Shown here: positions 8,986 to 19,911 of the stretch, in pieces
Numbering within the stretch: position 1 is the stretch's first letter
Layout of the letters: the number at the start of each line of letters is the position of its first letter
Assembly (NCBI GenBank): GCA_021816845.1
Contig: JAKAWT010000001.1
Coordinates: 198,087-262,086, forward strand
Length of the DNA: 64,000 nt
Reading direction: 5' to 3'
Source of the DNA: a bacterium
GTDB taxonomy: Bacteria; Patescibacteriota; Dojkabacteria; JAKAPS01; JAJZLI01
Notes under the pieces: model-generated
What the model was told of the DNA's origin: nothing
Seen by the model: only the letters and a program-made list of their open reading frames with translations
Databases searched by the model: none
Program-made: the position numbers and the translations under genes

Positions 8986-11142
8986 ATGGGAAGAAAAAAA
9001 TCATCTGCAATATCTCGTGCCTTAAAAAAGAAAAAAGGACCTTCTTTTAGTGGACAAGATACTTATACAATAATAGGTATAATATTGATGATATTATCAC
9101 TACTTTCTTTTATAGGAGCATTTACTCATATATCAGTATTGAATTTTATATATTTATCTCTTGGGTATGGGATAATAATATTTGCTATATTTGCATTCCT
9201 TCTATCTTTAAGATTCCTAGGTACTAAGATAAAATTTAACACAGTATCGGCGATTTCAGGGATTATAATTTTTATGCTATCAGCATTGGCATTCTTGAAT
9301 GTTTTATATCCATCTAATTTATCACTAACCTTATCTGGAGAAGGTAAACTTGGTGGAGCAATAGGATATTTATTGTCTCAACTTATGATAAACCATTTTA
9401 CAAAAATAGGATCCTTTATAATACTTATACCTATTATTATAGTATCTTTTCTTATGGCCATATCATTTTCTTTTGTTGAAGCACTACGCTCAATAAAATG
9501 GGGGATTAACATAATAATAGAATATATAATGTCATTTATAATAAGTGAAGAAGAAAATAATGTAAATAAAGGAGATAATATTGAAAACTTAGAATTTGAA
9601 ATAAAAGGTACAAATCCACAAACTGGTTCAGGAATGATAGGAGATCTATCAGGTGGAAATATAATGAATAAATATAAAAAAGTTGATGTAGCACAAACAG
9701 AATATACACCAGTCTTTTATGAGAACTGGAAAACACCCCCAATTGATTTTCTAAAAATTATAAAAAAAATTGAAGTCGTTAATGCCCAAGATATAAAAAA
9801 GAATTCTGAAATTATAGAAAGAACACTTCTAAGTTTTGATATAACATCAAAAGTAGTCGATGTTGATATAGGCTCTGTAGTTACAAGGTATGCTCTCCAA
9901 ATAACGATGGGTACGAAAGTATCTAAAATAAACAATCTATCAAGAGATATTGCTCTAGCCCTTGCAGCACCATCTGGTACAGTTAGGATAGAAGCACCAA
10001 TTCCAGGAACATCCCTTGTAGGTATTGAGGTTCCTAATTCCAAGTTCCAAATAGTAGGATTAAGAAACATTGTAGATACAGCAGAATTCAATAATCCAAA
10101 AATAAGGCTGCCCCTTGCTATGGGAGAGGATGTAACAGGTAAGATTATAATAAGGGACCTTGCTGCTATGCCCCATGTCCTTGTAGCAGGATCTACTGGG
10201 TCTGGAAAAAGTATGTTAATAAATTCATTTTTGATGGGGCTTTTATACAGGCATTCTCCTGATACATTAAAAATTATTATGATTGACCCAAAACATGTAG
10301 AGCTTTCTGTATATAATGGTATACCCCACTTATTAACTCCTGTAATTACCGATATGGATAATGTGAATAATGCATTAAAATGGGCAGTAAGAGAGATGGA
10401 ACAAAGATATAACATTCTAAAAGCTGATGGAGCAAGGAATATAGAAGGATATAATGAAAATAAAGAAAATGCAGAAAAAATGAGTAACATTGTTATTGTA
10501 ATAGATGAGATGGCAGATTTAATACTAGCAAAGGGAGTTGAAATAGAACATTCAATAGTAAGACTAGCTCAAATGGCTAGAGCAGTAGGCATACATCTTA
10601 TACTTGCAACCCAAAGACCATCTGTCAATGTTATAACTGGACTTATAAAAGCTAATATCCCTGCAAGAATATCTTTGTCAGTAGCATCAGTAATAGATTC
10701 AAGAGTTATTTTAGACCAACAAGGAGCAGAAACATTACTTGGGAAAGGAGATATGCTTTTCAAAGCACCTGATCTTGGAAAAACTATGAGACTACAAGGA
10801 GCTTTGATAAGTGAAGAAGAAATATCTAAAGTCATAACCTTTATATCCCAACAAGGGACAGAATTTGCGTATAACGAAGAAATTCTTACACCTTTAAGAG
10901 AAAATATTATACATGGAGGAGATGGATCATATGAAGATAATCTATTCCCTGAAGCTGTTAGAGTTGTTGTAGAAGCACAGAGAGGTTCTGCATCAATATT
11001 ACAATCAAAACTCAAAATAGGATATGCTAGAGCAGCTAGATTAATATTAGAACTTGAAAATAGTGGTGTTGTAGGTCCTCAGGATGGATCTAAGCCAAGA
11101 GATGTTTTAATTGATGATGCTGATAATTTTCTACAACCTTAA
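8986..11142 (+). CDS. ftsK: DNA translocase FtsK/SpoIIIE
   Basis: N-terminal TM helices, Walker A 'AGSTGSGKS', Walker B 'VIVIDEMADL', 'ATQRPSVNVITG', C-terminal winged-helix gamma domain 'SASILQSKLKIGYARAARLI'. Confidence 0.9.
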   Translation: MGRKKSSAISRALKKKKGPSFSGQDTYTIIGIILMILSLLSFIGAFTHISVLNFIYLSLGYGIIIFAIFAFLLSLRFLGTKIKFNTVSAISGIIIFMLSALAFLNVLYPSNLSLTLSGEGKLGGAIGYLLSQLMINHFTKIGSFIILIPIIIVSFLMAISFSFVEALRSIKWGINIIIEYIMSFIISEEENNVNKGDNIENLEFEIKGTNPQTGSGMIGDLSGGNIMNKYKKVDVAQTEYTPVFYENWKTPPIDFLKIIKKIEVVNAQDIKKNSEIIERTLLSFDITSKVVDVDIGSVVTRYALQITMGTKVSKINNLSRDIALALAAPSGTVRIEAPIPGTSLVGIEVPNSKFQIVGLRNIVDTAEFNNPKIRLPLAMGEDVTGKIIIRDLAAMPHVLVAGSTGSGKSMLINSFLMGLLYRHSPDTLKIIMIDPKHVELSVYNGIPHLLTPVITDMDNVNNALKWAVREMEQRYNILKADGARNIEGYNENKENAEKMSNIVIVIDEMADLILAKGVEIEHSIVRLAQMARAVGIHLILATQRPSVNVITGLIKANIPARISLSVASVIDSRVILDQQGAETLLGKGDMLFKAPDLGKTMRLQGALISEEEISKVITFISQQGTEFAYNEEILTPLRENIIHGGDGSYEDNLFPEAVRVVVEAQRGSASILQSKLKIGYARAARLILELENSGVVGPQDGSKPRDVLIDDADNFLQP

Positions 11143-11146
11143 AAAA

Positions 11147-11893
11147 TTATCCTAATGTTAAAATTTCAGGAGCACCATTCGTTATTAAAATAGTGTGCTC
11201 AAAATGACCAGATATAGACTTGTCTTGAGTCCGTATAGTCCATCCATCTTGTTCTATATAAATATCAGAACTACCCATATTAATCATACTCTCAATGGCT
11301 ACAGTCATATTCTCTCTTAGCCTGGTACCAGTTTTTGGCTTACCATAACCTAGTATATATGGATCTTCATGTAATTTATATCCTATACCATGACCTGAAA
11401 GTTCTTTCACAATAGAATATCCCGCTTTTTTAACTGGAATCTCCATAGCATAAGATATATCTCCAACAAATGATAGATTCTTTGCAGCTTTAATACCTTC
11501 ATCTCTAGATTTTTTAACTATATCAAGGAAAGATTGTATTTTATTATCTTTTTTATCCCCAACTATAAATGATATTGCAGCATCAGTGTATAAACCCTTA
11601 TAAATAACTCCATAGTCTAAAGATACTACATCACCGTTTTTAATTGTATATGAACTTGGTATACCATGAACTACTTTGTCATTAATACTTATACACAAAG
11701 ATTTTGGATATCCCTTATACCCTAAGAATGCTGGTTTAACGTCATATTCCTTACATAATTCTTCAGACATTTGATTAAGTTCATTCTCTGACACACCAGG
11801 TTTTGATTCACTTTGTAAAATTTTAAGAATTTTCCCTAATATTTTGCCTCCATGTCTCATATATTTTATTTCTTCAATTGTTTTTGGTTTCAT
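11147..11893 (-). CDS. map: Methionine aminopeptidase type I
   Basis: 248 aa. Metal-ligand context 'TDAAISFIVGD', 'GHGIGYKLHEDP', 'HFEHTILIT'. Confidence 0.9.
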   Translation of the reverse strand: MKPKTIEEIKYMRHGGKILGKILKILQSESKPGVSENELNQMSEELCKEYDVKPAFLGYKGYPKSLCISINDKVVHGIPSSYTIKNGDVVSLDYGVIYKGLYTDAAISFIVGDKKDNKIQSFLDIVKKSRDEGIKAAKNLSFVGDISYAMEIPVKKAGYSIVKELSGHGIGYKLHEDPYILGYGKPKTGTRLRENMTVAIESMINMGSSDIYIEQDGWTIRTQDKSISGHFEHTILITNGAPEILTLG

Positions 11894-11897
11894 AAAA

Positions 11898-12458
11898 TTA
11901 ATTTATTATATATTTTAGAATCATATTATATATTGTATCAATACTTAAAGTAGCATCAATATCAATAACCTTTTTTTTATAAAAATTCCTTATTTTATCC
12001 TCATTTTTATGGTAATTGTATAATCTGTTTGATATGGCTTTATCAGATATATCTAATCTTTTTTCTTCACCCTTTTCACGATTTAATATCCTTTCTTCAG
12101 ATATTTTATCATCAAGATTAAAAATAAAAACAAGATCCATAGATTTATTATTTTTTTCTAAATATCTATCTAATAATAAAGCTTGTTTTCTAGTCCTAGG
12201 GTATGCGTCCAACACTATTTTGTCACTTTTTATTTTATCAAGTTTGGTAAATAACATCCTTGATATTATGGAATCTGGAACCCATTCTCCATTTTTCCAA
12301 TATTTCAAGTAAAGCTCTTTCCCAATCTTGGTACCATCTTCATACTCCTTTCTAAGTAACTCCCCTGTGGATACAATATTAAAACCTTCATTTTCACAAA
12401 GTCTCTTACTCTCTGCACCTTTCCCACACCCAGAAGGCCCTATAAAAGAAATTATCAT
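11898..12458 (-). CDS. adk: Adenylate kinase (short form, no zinc-binding LID insertion)
   Basis: P-loop 'GPSGCGKGAES', 'TGELLR', 'DAYPRTRKQA'. Position next to map is typical of the secY-adk-map arrangement. Confidence 0.85.
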   Translation of the reverse strand: MIISFIGPSGCGKGAESKRLCENEGFNIVSTGELLRKEYEDGTKIGKELYLKYWKNGEWVPDSIISRMLFTKLDKIKSDKIVLDAYPRTRKQALLLDRYLEKNNKSMDLVFIFNLDDKISEERILNREKGEEKRLDISDKAISNRLYNYHKNEDKIRNFYKKKVIDIDATLSIDTIYNMILKYIIN

Positions 12459-12546
12459 ATTGTATATATTAGCAAAATACAGTCACTAATACAAAAATTT
12501 TATATATAGATACAACAAACATCTAAAATTTGGTAGTATATAGTGT

Positions 12547-13683
12547 ATGCCTCCAGAATATATAAAGAAACAATCTATACAATTTTTTGAACTATCACTG
12601 TTAGTTTTTACCTTATTCCAAACTTTTTTTACTTTTCTAAAAAACCCATTTTATAATTTTTTCCCACTTTATAATTTTTATATCACAATAATAGGATTTT
12701 TACTTATTATAATACTCAATCGTATATACCTAAAAAATAATAATTTATATATAAAGCTTGCAAGATACCTATTACTTTTCATAATAGCAATATTAGAAAT
12801 TTATATTGCGGGAGCAAATTCAGATATATATTTAGTACTTATATTATTTTTAGAAATACAAATTGCGGCAGAAGTTCGTTCAATTAAAAATGCATTGTAT
12901 CTATTTTCTACCATATTCCTTTTATCCTCTGTCATAGTAGTAATCCAAGGTATGAGTACTATGTACCAATCATCAGCAATTTTTTTAGGATTAATAACAT
13001 TGGGCGCTATAATATTACTATTTATAAGATATAATACAGATTCTCTAAGTAAATTAGAAAATCTAGAAGCTGATATTGAAAATAAAAAAATTATAAAAAC
13101 TTCTCAAGAGAATTTTCTTTCTATAAATAAAAATATATTAAAAGAAGAATTTGCTCATATAGCAGAAATTCTAATAGATGATAATACACTACTTTATGAA
13201 ACCTATAAGGATAGTGTATATATGCAAAATCTATTCATACAAAGAGAAGATTCCTTAAAACTCCTATCTTTGAATATTGATATTGTAAATCTATATGAAG
13301 AAATATTAATAATACAAAAGGAGTTTAGTATATTTTATGATGCTAGGATAGAATATAAAATCGATGATAAAGAGACTGTACTCAAAGATCAGAACATTTT
13401 AATGGATAGAGAGAAACTAAGATCTATGTTAAGATTGATTTTTATATTTATACAAGAGAATAATATCCTGAATACAACGATAGAGATAAAAACTAACCCT
13501 CAAGGTGTGTCACTCAAAATTATTTTTCCTCAGAAATTTACAACATATTTTGCAGGTAAAACCATTAATCAAATACAAAAAGATTTTACATGGTCAAATA
13601 TTTTAATGATATATTCTAAGATAATAGGCAATGAATATATCTCCCAAGAAAGCTTTATATCTACTACCTTTATTAAAATATGA
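12547..13683 (+). CDS. Polytopic membrane protein with weakly HK-like C-terminal domain
   Basis: About 5 TM helices in the first 170 aa, then a coiled-coil region. The C-terminus has only a faint resemblance to an HK ATPase N-box. Stop overlaps the next gene's start (ATGA). Confidence 0.4.
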   Translation: MPPEYIKKQSIQFFELSLLVFTLFQTFFTFLKNPFYNFFPLYNFYITIIGFLLIIILNRIYLKNNNLYIKLARYLLLFIIAILEIYIAGANSDIYLVLILFLEIQIAAEVRSIKNALYLFSTIFLLSSVIVVIQGMSTMYQSSAIFLGLITLGAIILLFIRYNTDSLSKLENLEADIENKKIIKTSQENFLSINKNILKEEFAHIAEILIDDNTLLYETYKDSVYMQNLFIQREDSLKLLSLNIDIVNLYEEILIIQKEFSIFYDARIEYKIDDKETVLKDQNILMDREKLRSMLRLIFIFIQENNILNTTIEIKTNPQGVSLKIIFPQKFTTYFAGKTINQIQKDFTWSNILMIYSKIIGNEYISQESFISTTFIKI

Positions 13684-14897
13684 ATAAGAACCTAGATACT
13701 AAAGATATAAAGAAACAAATAATAGATAAGAAATCTCAACATGATTCTTTAGAAATTACTGCTATAGGAATCACAATAGCTTTATTTATGATTATAAGAG
13801 AAATCGTGAGCTTTAATAATTTGTATATCATAGGATTAAGTATCATTCCAATAATTGCTATTATAGGATTTTTCATTGTTTATTATATATATTACCCAAA
13901 AAATAATTACTTTGATGATAAAAAAAATAAGCTCGAGTATATACTAATAATGATTGAGCTTTTATATTTTATAATCATATCTGGAGGGCTATATGTTGGA
14001 GGTGGTATAAATTCAGTTGCAATGCTGGTATTTTTCCCATATATAGTATCAATTATCATAGATCCAAAGGATTCAAATATATTTTTATCATATTTATATA
14101 TAGATATAATCCTTTTTGCTACACTCTTTATTTTTGGATTCTATTTATTTGATTTTACAGCACTCTTTATCATTAATATATTTATGATAGTGACTGGGGT
14201 TTTGATAAAAACATTTGCTGATATAATGATGTTTAATTATCTAGAACTTGTAGAAAAAAATACAGAAGAAGATGTTTTTGAAAATGATAAAAGGGAAAAT
14301 ATAAATTTTCTAAAAACAACAATATTAGAAATTGATGAATTTATAAAAAGAATATCAATTAGAAAAGATATCAAAAAAAACATTGTAGAACTTAAAATCA
14401 TTGAACAAAAATTGAAAGACAGGCAAGAACTTCTTGATGGAGAAAAATTAAATATAAGTATTTTTCAATTTAATAAAATTGTATCTTCAGTATTACAAGA
14501 ATTATTCCCTCTAATGAAAGATAAAGCCATTCAAATACAATATCTACCATATATAAATGAAGACTTAGAAATAAATAATGATAGAGATAAAATATATTCA
14601 ATACTTTTATATTGTATTGAGAATGCAATACTATTTTCTAATGATGAAGGTATCCTTACAATAATAACAAAAAAAGAAAGAGATAATATAAGTGTTTCTA
14701 TACGCAATAATACAGATACTGAAATAGATTTGAAAAATCTATTTAAACTGGGTAACACTACTAAAAAGGGTACCAGAGAAGGAGTTGGATTATACATTTC
14801 AAAATCATTTTCTAACCTAACAAAAACGGATATTCAAATACATAAGGATTATGCAAATCTCATCATAGTTGATTTAAAAGTAAAGATCATACTATAG
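13680..14897 (+). CDS. Polytopic membrane protein with C-terminal HATPase_c-like domain but no recognisable H-box (degenerate histidine-kinase-like)
   Basis: About 6 TM helices, then N-box-like 'LLYCIENAILFS', D/G1-like 'DLKNLFKLGNT' and G2-like 'GTREGVGLYISKSF'. No 'HE[LM]RTP'-type phospho-His box found. Confidence 0.5.
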   Translation: MNKNLDTKDIKKQIIDKKSQHDSLEITAIGITIALFMIIREIVSFNNLYIIGLSIIPIIAIIGFFIVYYIYYPKNNYFDDKKNKLEYILIMIELLYFIIISGGLYVGGGINSVAMLVFFPYIVSIIIDPKDSNIFLSYLYIDIILFATLFIFGFYLFDFTALFIINIFMIVTGVLIKTFADIMMFNYLELVEKNTEEDVFENDKRENINFLKTTILEIDEFIKRISIRKDIKKNIVELKIIEQKLKDRQELLDGEKLNISIFQFNKIVSSVLQELFPLMKDKAIQIQYLPYINEDLEINNDRDKIYSILLYCIENAILFSNDEGILTIITKKERDNISVSIRNNTDTEIDLKNLFKLGNTTKKGTREGVGLYISKSFSNLTKTDIQIHKDYANLIIVDLKVKIIL

Positions 14898-14914
14898 AAT
14901 TTATGTTTAGCTGG

Positions 14915-16201
14915 CTATGCATAGCTTGAGTACGAACGAGTTATAAGATGTGATTTTATATTCCTTATTAGAGTCAATATTACTACTACGATAATAAGTA
15001 TACTCGTACCACCAATTGCTACACTTGTTATATTAGTATAATACTGAACTACTAATGGTATTAATGCAATAATAGTCAAAAATATTGCTCCAACAAACGT
15101 AAGTTTCAACAAAATATTATATATATAGTTTTCTGTTTGTTTACCAGGTCTAAAACCAGGGATAAACCCTCCTTGTTTTTGGATATTATTTGCTACATCA
15201 TGAGGTTTGAATACAATGAATGTATAGAAATAAGTCATAAATATTATTAAAATTCCATATATTATCCCATAGTATAACTGATTAGATAAACCATTATAAA
15301 CAAATACTGAAACATGATGTATTAGTACATTTTTACTCGTTTCTAATATTTTAGATAGTTCAGTTGGTAGCAGCACAAGAGAAAGTGCAAATATAATAGG
15401 CATAACACCTGCTGTATTTATTTTGATCGGTATATATGATTTATTCCCTCCCACAAGCTGCACTCCACGTGTCATACGAGTATAGTTAACAGGAATGTTT
15501 CTGGATGATTCGTTCACAAGTACAATAGCAATAACCATACCAATAAATAGTAATAGTAATACTAATATAATAATACCATTAATACTCTGTGACACTGCAG
15601 CCGATACTAGTGATTCTGGCATAGCAGCCAAAATACCAACAGCTATAAGTAGCGATATACCATCCCCAACCCCGTATTCAGTAATTAATTCTCCTAACCA
15701 CATAAGAAATATTGAACCAGCTGTCATTGTAATTATGAATGTTGTAAGACCCAATGGATCAAGGTTAGAAATTATAGGAGTTTGAGATACTCCAAGAAGA
15801 AACTTATAAATTCCAAATGATTGTAGCGCTGCAATAGGTACTGTAAGATATCTTGTATATTGATTTATAATCTTTTGTCCTCTATCACCTTGTTCTTGTA
15901 ATTCTTTTATTTTAGGTACTAGATAGACTAAAAATTGGAATATAACAGTAGCAGTAATAAAAGGACCTAACCCTATACCTACAATTGCAGCTGTCTGCAA
16001 TGTACCTCCAGAAAATATATTCAGAAAACTTAACGCCTGATTATTCTTAAATAGTGATGACAGAACACTTACGTTAACTCCAGGAACAGGTATTGAAGCG
16101 AAAACTCTAAATACAGCAATAAGTAATATTGTAAATAATATTTTCCTTCTAAGCTCAGGACTATTATAAAGCTCTCGAATAATATAAAAAACTTTTTGCA
16201 T
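14915..16201 (-). CDS. secY: Preprotein translocase subunit SecY
   Basis: 428 aa, 10 TM helices, and the conserved N-terminus 'ELRRKILFTILLIAVFRVFASIPVPGVN'. Confidence 0.95.
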   Translation of the reverse strand: MQKVFYIIRELYNSPELRRKILFTILLIAVFRVFASIPVPGVNVSVLSSLFKNNQALSFLNIFSGGTLQTAAIVGIGLGPFITATVIFQFLVYLVPKIKELQEQGDRGQKIINQYTRYLTVPIAALQSFGIYKFLLGVSQTPIISNLDPLGLTTFIITMTAGSIFLMWLGELITEYGVGDGISLLIAVGILAAMPESLVSAAVSQSINGIIILVLLLLFIGMVIAIVLVNESSRNIPVNYTRMTRGVQLVGGNKSYIPIKINTAGVMPIIFALSLVLLPTELSKILETSKNVLIHHVSVFVYNGLSNQLYYGIIYGILIIFMTYFYTFIVFKPHDVANNIQKQGGFIPGFRPGKQTENYIYNILLKLTFVGAIFLTIIALIPLVVQYYTNITSVAIGGTSILIIVVVILTLIRNIKSHLITRSYSSYA

Positions 16202-16632
16202 CAGAGTATTTTACCATTCGCTAATTTTATTTTATCTAAAGACGATTTAGAGAAAGATATTTTATCATTTTTGAATGATAATTTTTTTGATAATTCTCCA
16301 TCTCCTAGTATTTTAACAGTTTTTTCCTTTTTTAAAACCCCAATTTTTTTTAGTTCATCAAAGGATACTATATCATTTTCTTTGAATAATCTATCTATGT
16401 CAGATAAATTTAAAACAGCGTATTCATGTCTTTGTCTCTTAAACCCTTTAAGATAGGGAAGTCTTAATATCAATGGATTTTGTCCTCCTTCAAAAAACGG
16501 GGATATATGTACACCCGATCTGGATTTTTGACCTTTGGTCCCTCTACCAGCAGTATGTCCACCCTTACCTGATCCATAACCTCTACCTACTATTTTTTTT
16601 GATTTTTTTACAATTTTATTCTTAATTAACAT
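16201..16632 (-). CDS. rplO: 50S ribosomal protein L15
   Basis: 'GRGYGSGKGGHTAGRGTKGQKSRSG' is the L15 glycine-rich signature. No L30 gene lies between L15 and S5. Confidence 0.9.
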   Translation of the reverse strand: MLIKNKIVKKSKKIVGRGYGSGKGGHTAGRGTKGQKSRSGVHISPFFEGGQNPLILRLPYLKGFKRQRHEYAVLNLSDIDRLFKENDIVSFDELKKIGVLKKEKTVKILGDGELSKKLSFKNDKISFSKSSLDKIKLANGKIL

Positions 16633-16633
16633 A

Positions 16634-17140
16634 TTATCTTGCCTTTAAATTTTGTAAAGCTAGGAAACTACAGTATATATTTGCCTTTTTATTGGTGGAA
16701 CCAAGTCTTTTAGATAAAACATCTTTAACACCTGCAAGTTCTAAGATTGGCTTGATATTTTTCCCTGCTATAATACCTGTTCCTTGTACTGCTGGTTTAA
16801 AAAGCATTTTTGCGGCTTTAAAATCCTGTGTTATTTCATGAGTAATAGTATTCTCTGTAAGATTTATTGACACTACAGATGCTCTGGCCTTCCTTATTGC
16901 CTTCTCTATAGCAAATTTAGGATCATTTCCAACCCCCTTTCCTATACCAATTTTGCCATTCCTATTACCAACTACAACCATAGCTGAAAATCTAAATCTT
17001 TTAGCTCCTTTTGTAACCTTTGTAACTCTTTTAGTCTCAAGAATATAATGCTCATAATCAGATACAGGAGTTTTATCCTCAAGTGTTATTTCATCTATAA
17101 TTATTTCTTTTATTTCCGTTATATCTTCTTTATTCGCCAT
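16634..17140 (-). CDS. rpsE: 30S ribosomal protein S5
   Basis: 'VVVGNRNGKIGIGKGVGNDPKFAIEKAIRKA' is an S5 signature. Confidence 0.9.
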   Translation of the reverse strand: MANKEDITEIKEIIIDEITLEDKTPVSDYEHYILETKRVTKVTKGAKRFRFSAMVVVGNRNGKIGIGKGVGNDPKFAIEKAIRKARASVVSINLTENTITHEITQDFKAAKMLFKPAVQGTGIIAGKNIKPILELAGVKDVLSKRLGSTNKKANIYCSFLALQNLKAR

Positions 17141-17153
17141 AATTTTTAAAATC

Positions 17154-17495
17154 TTAAAATATCAATCCGCTTTTCTTCGCTCCATCAGAAAAAGATTTTA
17201 CTCTACCATGAAATCTATATCCTCCTCTATCAAATACCACAGATTTTATACCTTTTGATAATGCTATTTTACCAAATTCTACACCAAGATTATATGATTT
17301 TTCTGTTTTATCCTTACCATTTTTGATAACCTTTGTAGACATACCTATGATTGTTTCACTTTTATCATCATCTATTATCTGGACATAAATATCTTTACTA
17401 GATCTAAAAACAGACAATCTAGGTCTTATTTTAGTACCTGATACTTTTTTCCTTATAATTTTATGCCTTTTTAATCTTCCTTGTAATGTTTTCAT
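17154..17495 (-). CDS. rplR: 50S ribosomal protein L18
   Basis: 'RPRLSVFRSSKDIYVQIIDD' is an L18 signature. Confidence 0.9.
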   Translation of the reverse strand: MKTLQGRLKRHKIIRKKVSGTKIRPRLSVFRSSKDIYVQIIDDDKSETIIGMSTKVIKNGKDKTEKSYNLGVEFGKIALSKGIKSVVFDRGGYRFHGRVKSFSDGAKKSGLIF

Positions 17496-17507
17496 AGAAT
17501 TTAAAAT

Positions 17508-18056
17508 TTATTTAACTGTGGCCTTACCACTCTTCCCTGCCTTTTTAATTACAACCTCATCTTTATACCTTATACCTTTACCCTTATAAGGTTCTGGTTT
17601 TTTAATCTTTCTTATGTCTGCACTTACCTGACCTACTAATTGTTTATCAATTCCGCTAATCTTTATTTGATTATTATCAGAGACTTCAAATTTTATACCT
17701 TCAACTTTCCTAACTTTTACAGTATGTGAATACCCAACATTTAAAACAATATCCTCTCCATCTAGTGCAACTCTATATCCTATCCCTTGAAGTGAGAGCT
17801 CCTTAGTAAATCCTTCAGATACACCTATAACCATATTATTTATTAGTGATCTATATAATCCATGTAAAGATTTATCTTCCTTAGAATCTGATTTTCTAGA
17901 TACCTTAATAATATTATCTTCTTTTATTATTTTTACTCTATTCAAATAGTGCATCCTAAGTTCTCCCAATTTCCCTTTTACGACAACTTCGTCACTGTTT
18001 ATTTCAACATCAACTCCTTCTTTTAAATCTATTGGTAATAATCCTATTCTTGACAT
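17508..18056 (-). CDS. rplF: 50S ribosomal protein L6
   Basis: 'MSRIGLLPIDLKEGVDVEI...VVVKGKLGEL' plus two L6 repeats. Confidence 0.9.
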   Translation of the reverse strand: MSRIGLLPIDLKEGVDVEINSDEVVVKGKLGELRMHYLNRVKIIKEDNIIKVSRKSDSKEDKSLHGLYRSLINNMVIGVSEGFTKELSLQGIGYRVALDGEDIVLNVGYSHTVKVRKVEGIKFEVSDNNQIKISGIDKQLVGQVSADIRKIKKPEPYKGKGIRYKDEVVIKKAGKSGKATVK

Positions 18057-18062
18057 AATAAT

Positions 18063-18440
18063 TTACCAAACTTTACAAATAATTTCTCCACCTACCTTAT
18101 TCTTCCTAGCCTCACTATCAGTCATAACCCCTTCTGGTGTTGATAGAATACATAAACCAAGACCGTTTAGAACTTTTGGTATATCTCTATATGATGAATA
18201 TATCTTCAAGCTAGGCTTTGATACTCTTTCTATACCAGATATAACACTTTCTCCCTTTTTATACTTTAGGGATATTATTATATCATGTTCCTTGATTTCA
18301 TAATCTTTTATATATCCTCTATCTTTAAGAACTCTAACTATATCTTTTTTGATAGTACTTAAAGGTACTGATACAATCTCTTTATCTCGAAAGATCGCAT
18401 TTCTTATTCTTGTTAATAAATCTGCTATTGGATCACTCAT
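18063..18440 (-). CDS. rpsH: 30S ribosomal protein S8
   Basis: 'MSDPIADLLTRIRNA' is the S8 N-terminus. Confidence 0.9.
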   Translation of the reverse strand: MSDPIADLLTRIRNAIFRDKEIVSVPLSTIKKDIVRVLKDRGYIKDYEIKEHDIIISLKYKKGESVISGIERVSKPSLKIYSSYRDIPKVLNGLGLCILSTPEGVMTDSEARKNKVGGEIICKVW

Positions 18441-18468
18441 AATTAAACCTACAATAAATTACATATAA

Positions 18469-18663
18469 TTACCATGATGACTTCCTAACTCCAGGAAGTT
18501 TGCCTTCATGAGCTAAATGCCTTAAGCATATTCTACAAATTCCAAAATCTCTAAAATATGCTCTAGAACGACCACAAATAGTACATCTGTTGTATCTTCG
18601 GACTCCAAATTTCATCTTTTTTACCCTTTCTTGTTGTTTATCAACCAATGCTTTTCTTGCCAT
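18469..18663 (-). CDS. rpsZ: 30S ribosomal protein S14, zinc-binding type Z
   Basis: 64 aa with '[22 protein letters not shown]...W' (Cys4 S14 type Z). Confidence 0.9.
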   Translation of the reverse strand: MARKALVDKQQERVKKMKFGVRRYNRCTICGRSRAYFRDFGICRICLRHLAHEGKLPGVRKSSW

Positions 18664-18664
18664 A

Positions 18665-19240
18665 CTATTTCTTTGCTAAATTATCCTTTGCTAAAGGTTC
18701 TTTTACTAAAGGTAATCCCAAATATTTAAATAAAATTTTTGCATCGTTATCATTCTTTGCAGTGGTAACAATTGTAACCTGTAGAGATTTTACCTTATCA
18801 CCATACATTTGTGCAACTTCAGGGAACACTGAATGTTCTTTAATACCTATTGAATAGTTACCTTTTCCATCAAAAGAATTCAATGTTAAACCTCTAAAAT
18901 CTCTAAAACGAGGGATATCAATATCAATCAACTTCTGATAAAAATCCCACATCCTATCACTTCTTAGAGTGACCTTTATTCCTATGTTCATCCCTTCTCT
19001 TATGTGAAAATTGGATATAGAAGCTTTCGCCTTAGTTGTAACAGGAACTTGTCCTGTAATAGCAGTAATGATTTCCCTCATTTGATCTAATGCTTCAGGA
19101 TTATTAGGAACTGAGTCAGATACACCAGAGTTAACTATTATTTTGGATAAATTCGGTACAGCGAAAACATTATCCACTTTCATTTCTTTTGCTATATCAC
19201 CTCTTAATTTTTTATTATATTTTTCTTTTAGGCTATTCAT
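18665..19240 (-). CDS. rplE: 50S ribosomal protein L5
   Basis: 191 aa with a typical L5 N-terminus and position between S14 and L24. Confidence 0.9.
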   Translation of the reverse strand: MNSLKEKYNKKLRGDIAKEMKVDNVFAVPNLSKIIVNSGVSDSVPNNPEALDQMREIITAITGQVPVTTKAKASISNFHIREGMNIGIKVTLRSDRMWDFYQKLIDIDIPRFRDFRGLTLNSFDGKGNYSIGIKEHSVFPEVAQMYGDKVKSLQVTIVTTAKNDNDAKILFKYLGLPLVKEPLAKDNLAKK

Positions 19241-19250
19241 AATAAACTAC

Positions 19251-19541
19251 TCATATTATATTTTTACATTTCTTACAACTTCTTTCTTTTATACCCTTAT
19301 CATTGATTACGTACCCCACCCTTGTAGGTTTACTACATTTAGGACATACTAATTTTACTATAGACGTATCTATAGCTTTTTGTCTGTCTACCATACCTGA
19401 ACCCTTTACTGCTTTCTTATACAGACCAACACCATCGACAAATATCTTATTTTTAGCTGGCAAAACTTTTGATACTTTGGCTACAGTACCTCTCTTATTT
19501 CCACTCAATAATTGCACTGAATCACCTTTCCTTATTTTCAT
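19251..19541 (-). CDS. rplX: 50S ribosomal protein L24
   Basis: KOW motif '[22 protein letters not shown]'. Confidence 0.9.
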   Translation of the reverse strand: MKIRKGDSVQLLSGNKRGTVAKVSKVLPAKNKIFVDGVGLYKKAVKGSGMVDRQKAIDTSIVKLVCPKCSKPTRVGYVINDKGIKERSCKKCKNII

Positions 19542-19909
19542 AATACTTCATCTGCTAAACTAACTAATTTATTAAAACCTCTATCTCTAAGTTCTCTTGC
19601 TACTGGACCAAAAATAGCAGTTCCTCTTGGATCACCACTCTTTGGGTCAATTATCACTGCAGCATTATCATCAAATCTTATATAAGAACCATCTTTTCTC
19701 CTTACTTCCTTACGTGACCTAACAATTACGGCTGTTACCATATCATGTGCCCCAACTTGACCTCCTGGAGATGCTTTTAAAACAGTACACTTCACTCTGT
19801 CACCAACTCTGGAAAATCTTCTGAATGATACACCTAAAGATCCTAGAACTTTTAATTCTTTTGCTCCAGTATTATCTATACATTTTATCCTTGATTCATC
19901 TTGTAACAT
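19538..19909 (-). CDS. rplN: 50S ribosomal protein L14
   Basis: '[21 protein letters not shown]' is an L14 signature. Confidence 0.9.
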   Translation of the reverse strand: MLQDESRIKCIDNTGAKELKVLGSLGVSFRRFSRVGDRVKCTVLKASPGGQVGAHDMVTAVIVRSRKEVRRKDGSYIRFDDNAAVIIDPKSGDPRGTAIFGPVARELRDRGFNKLVSLADEVL

Positions 19910-19911
19910 AA

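Noticed and set aside
9717-10490. 257-aa minus-strand ORF (also 10569-11015, 9536-9742)
   Set aside because: Antisense to ftsK, which has complete Walker motifs on the plus strand. Spurious.
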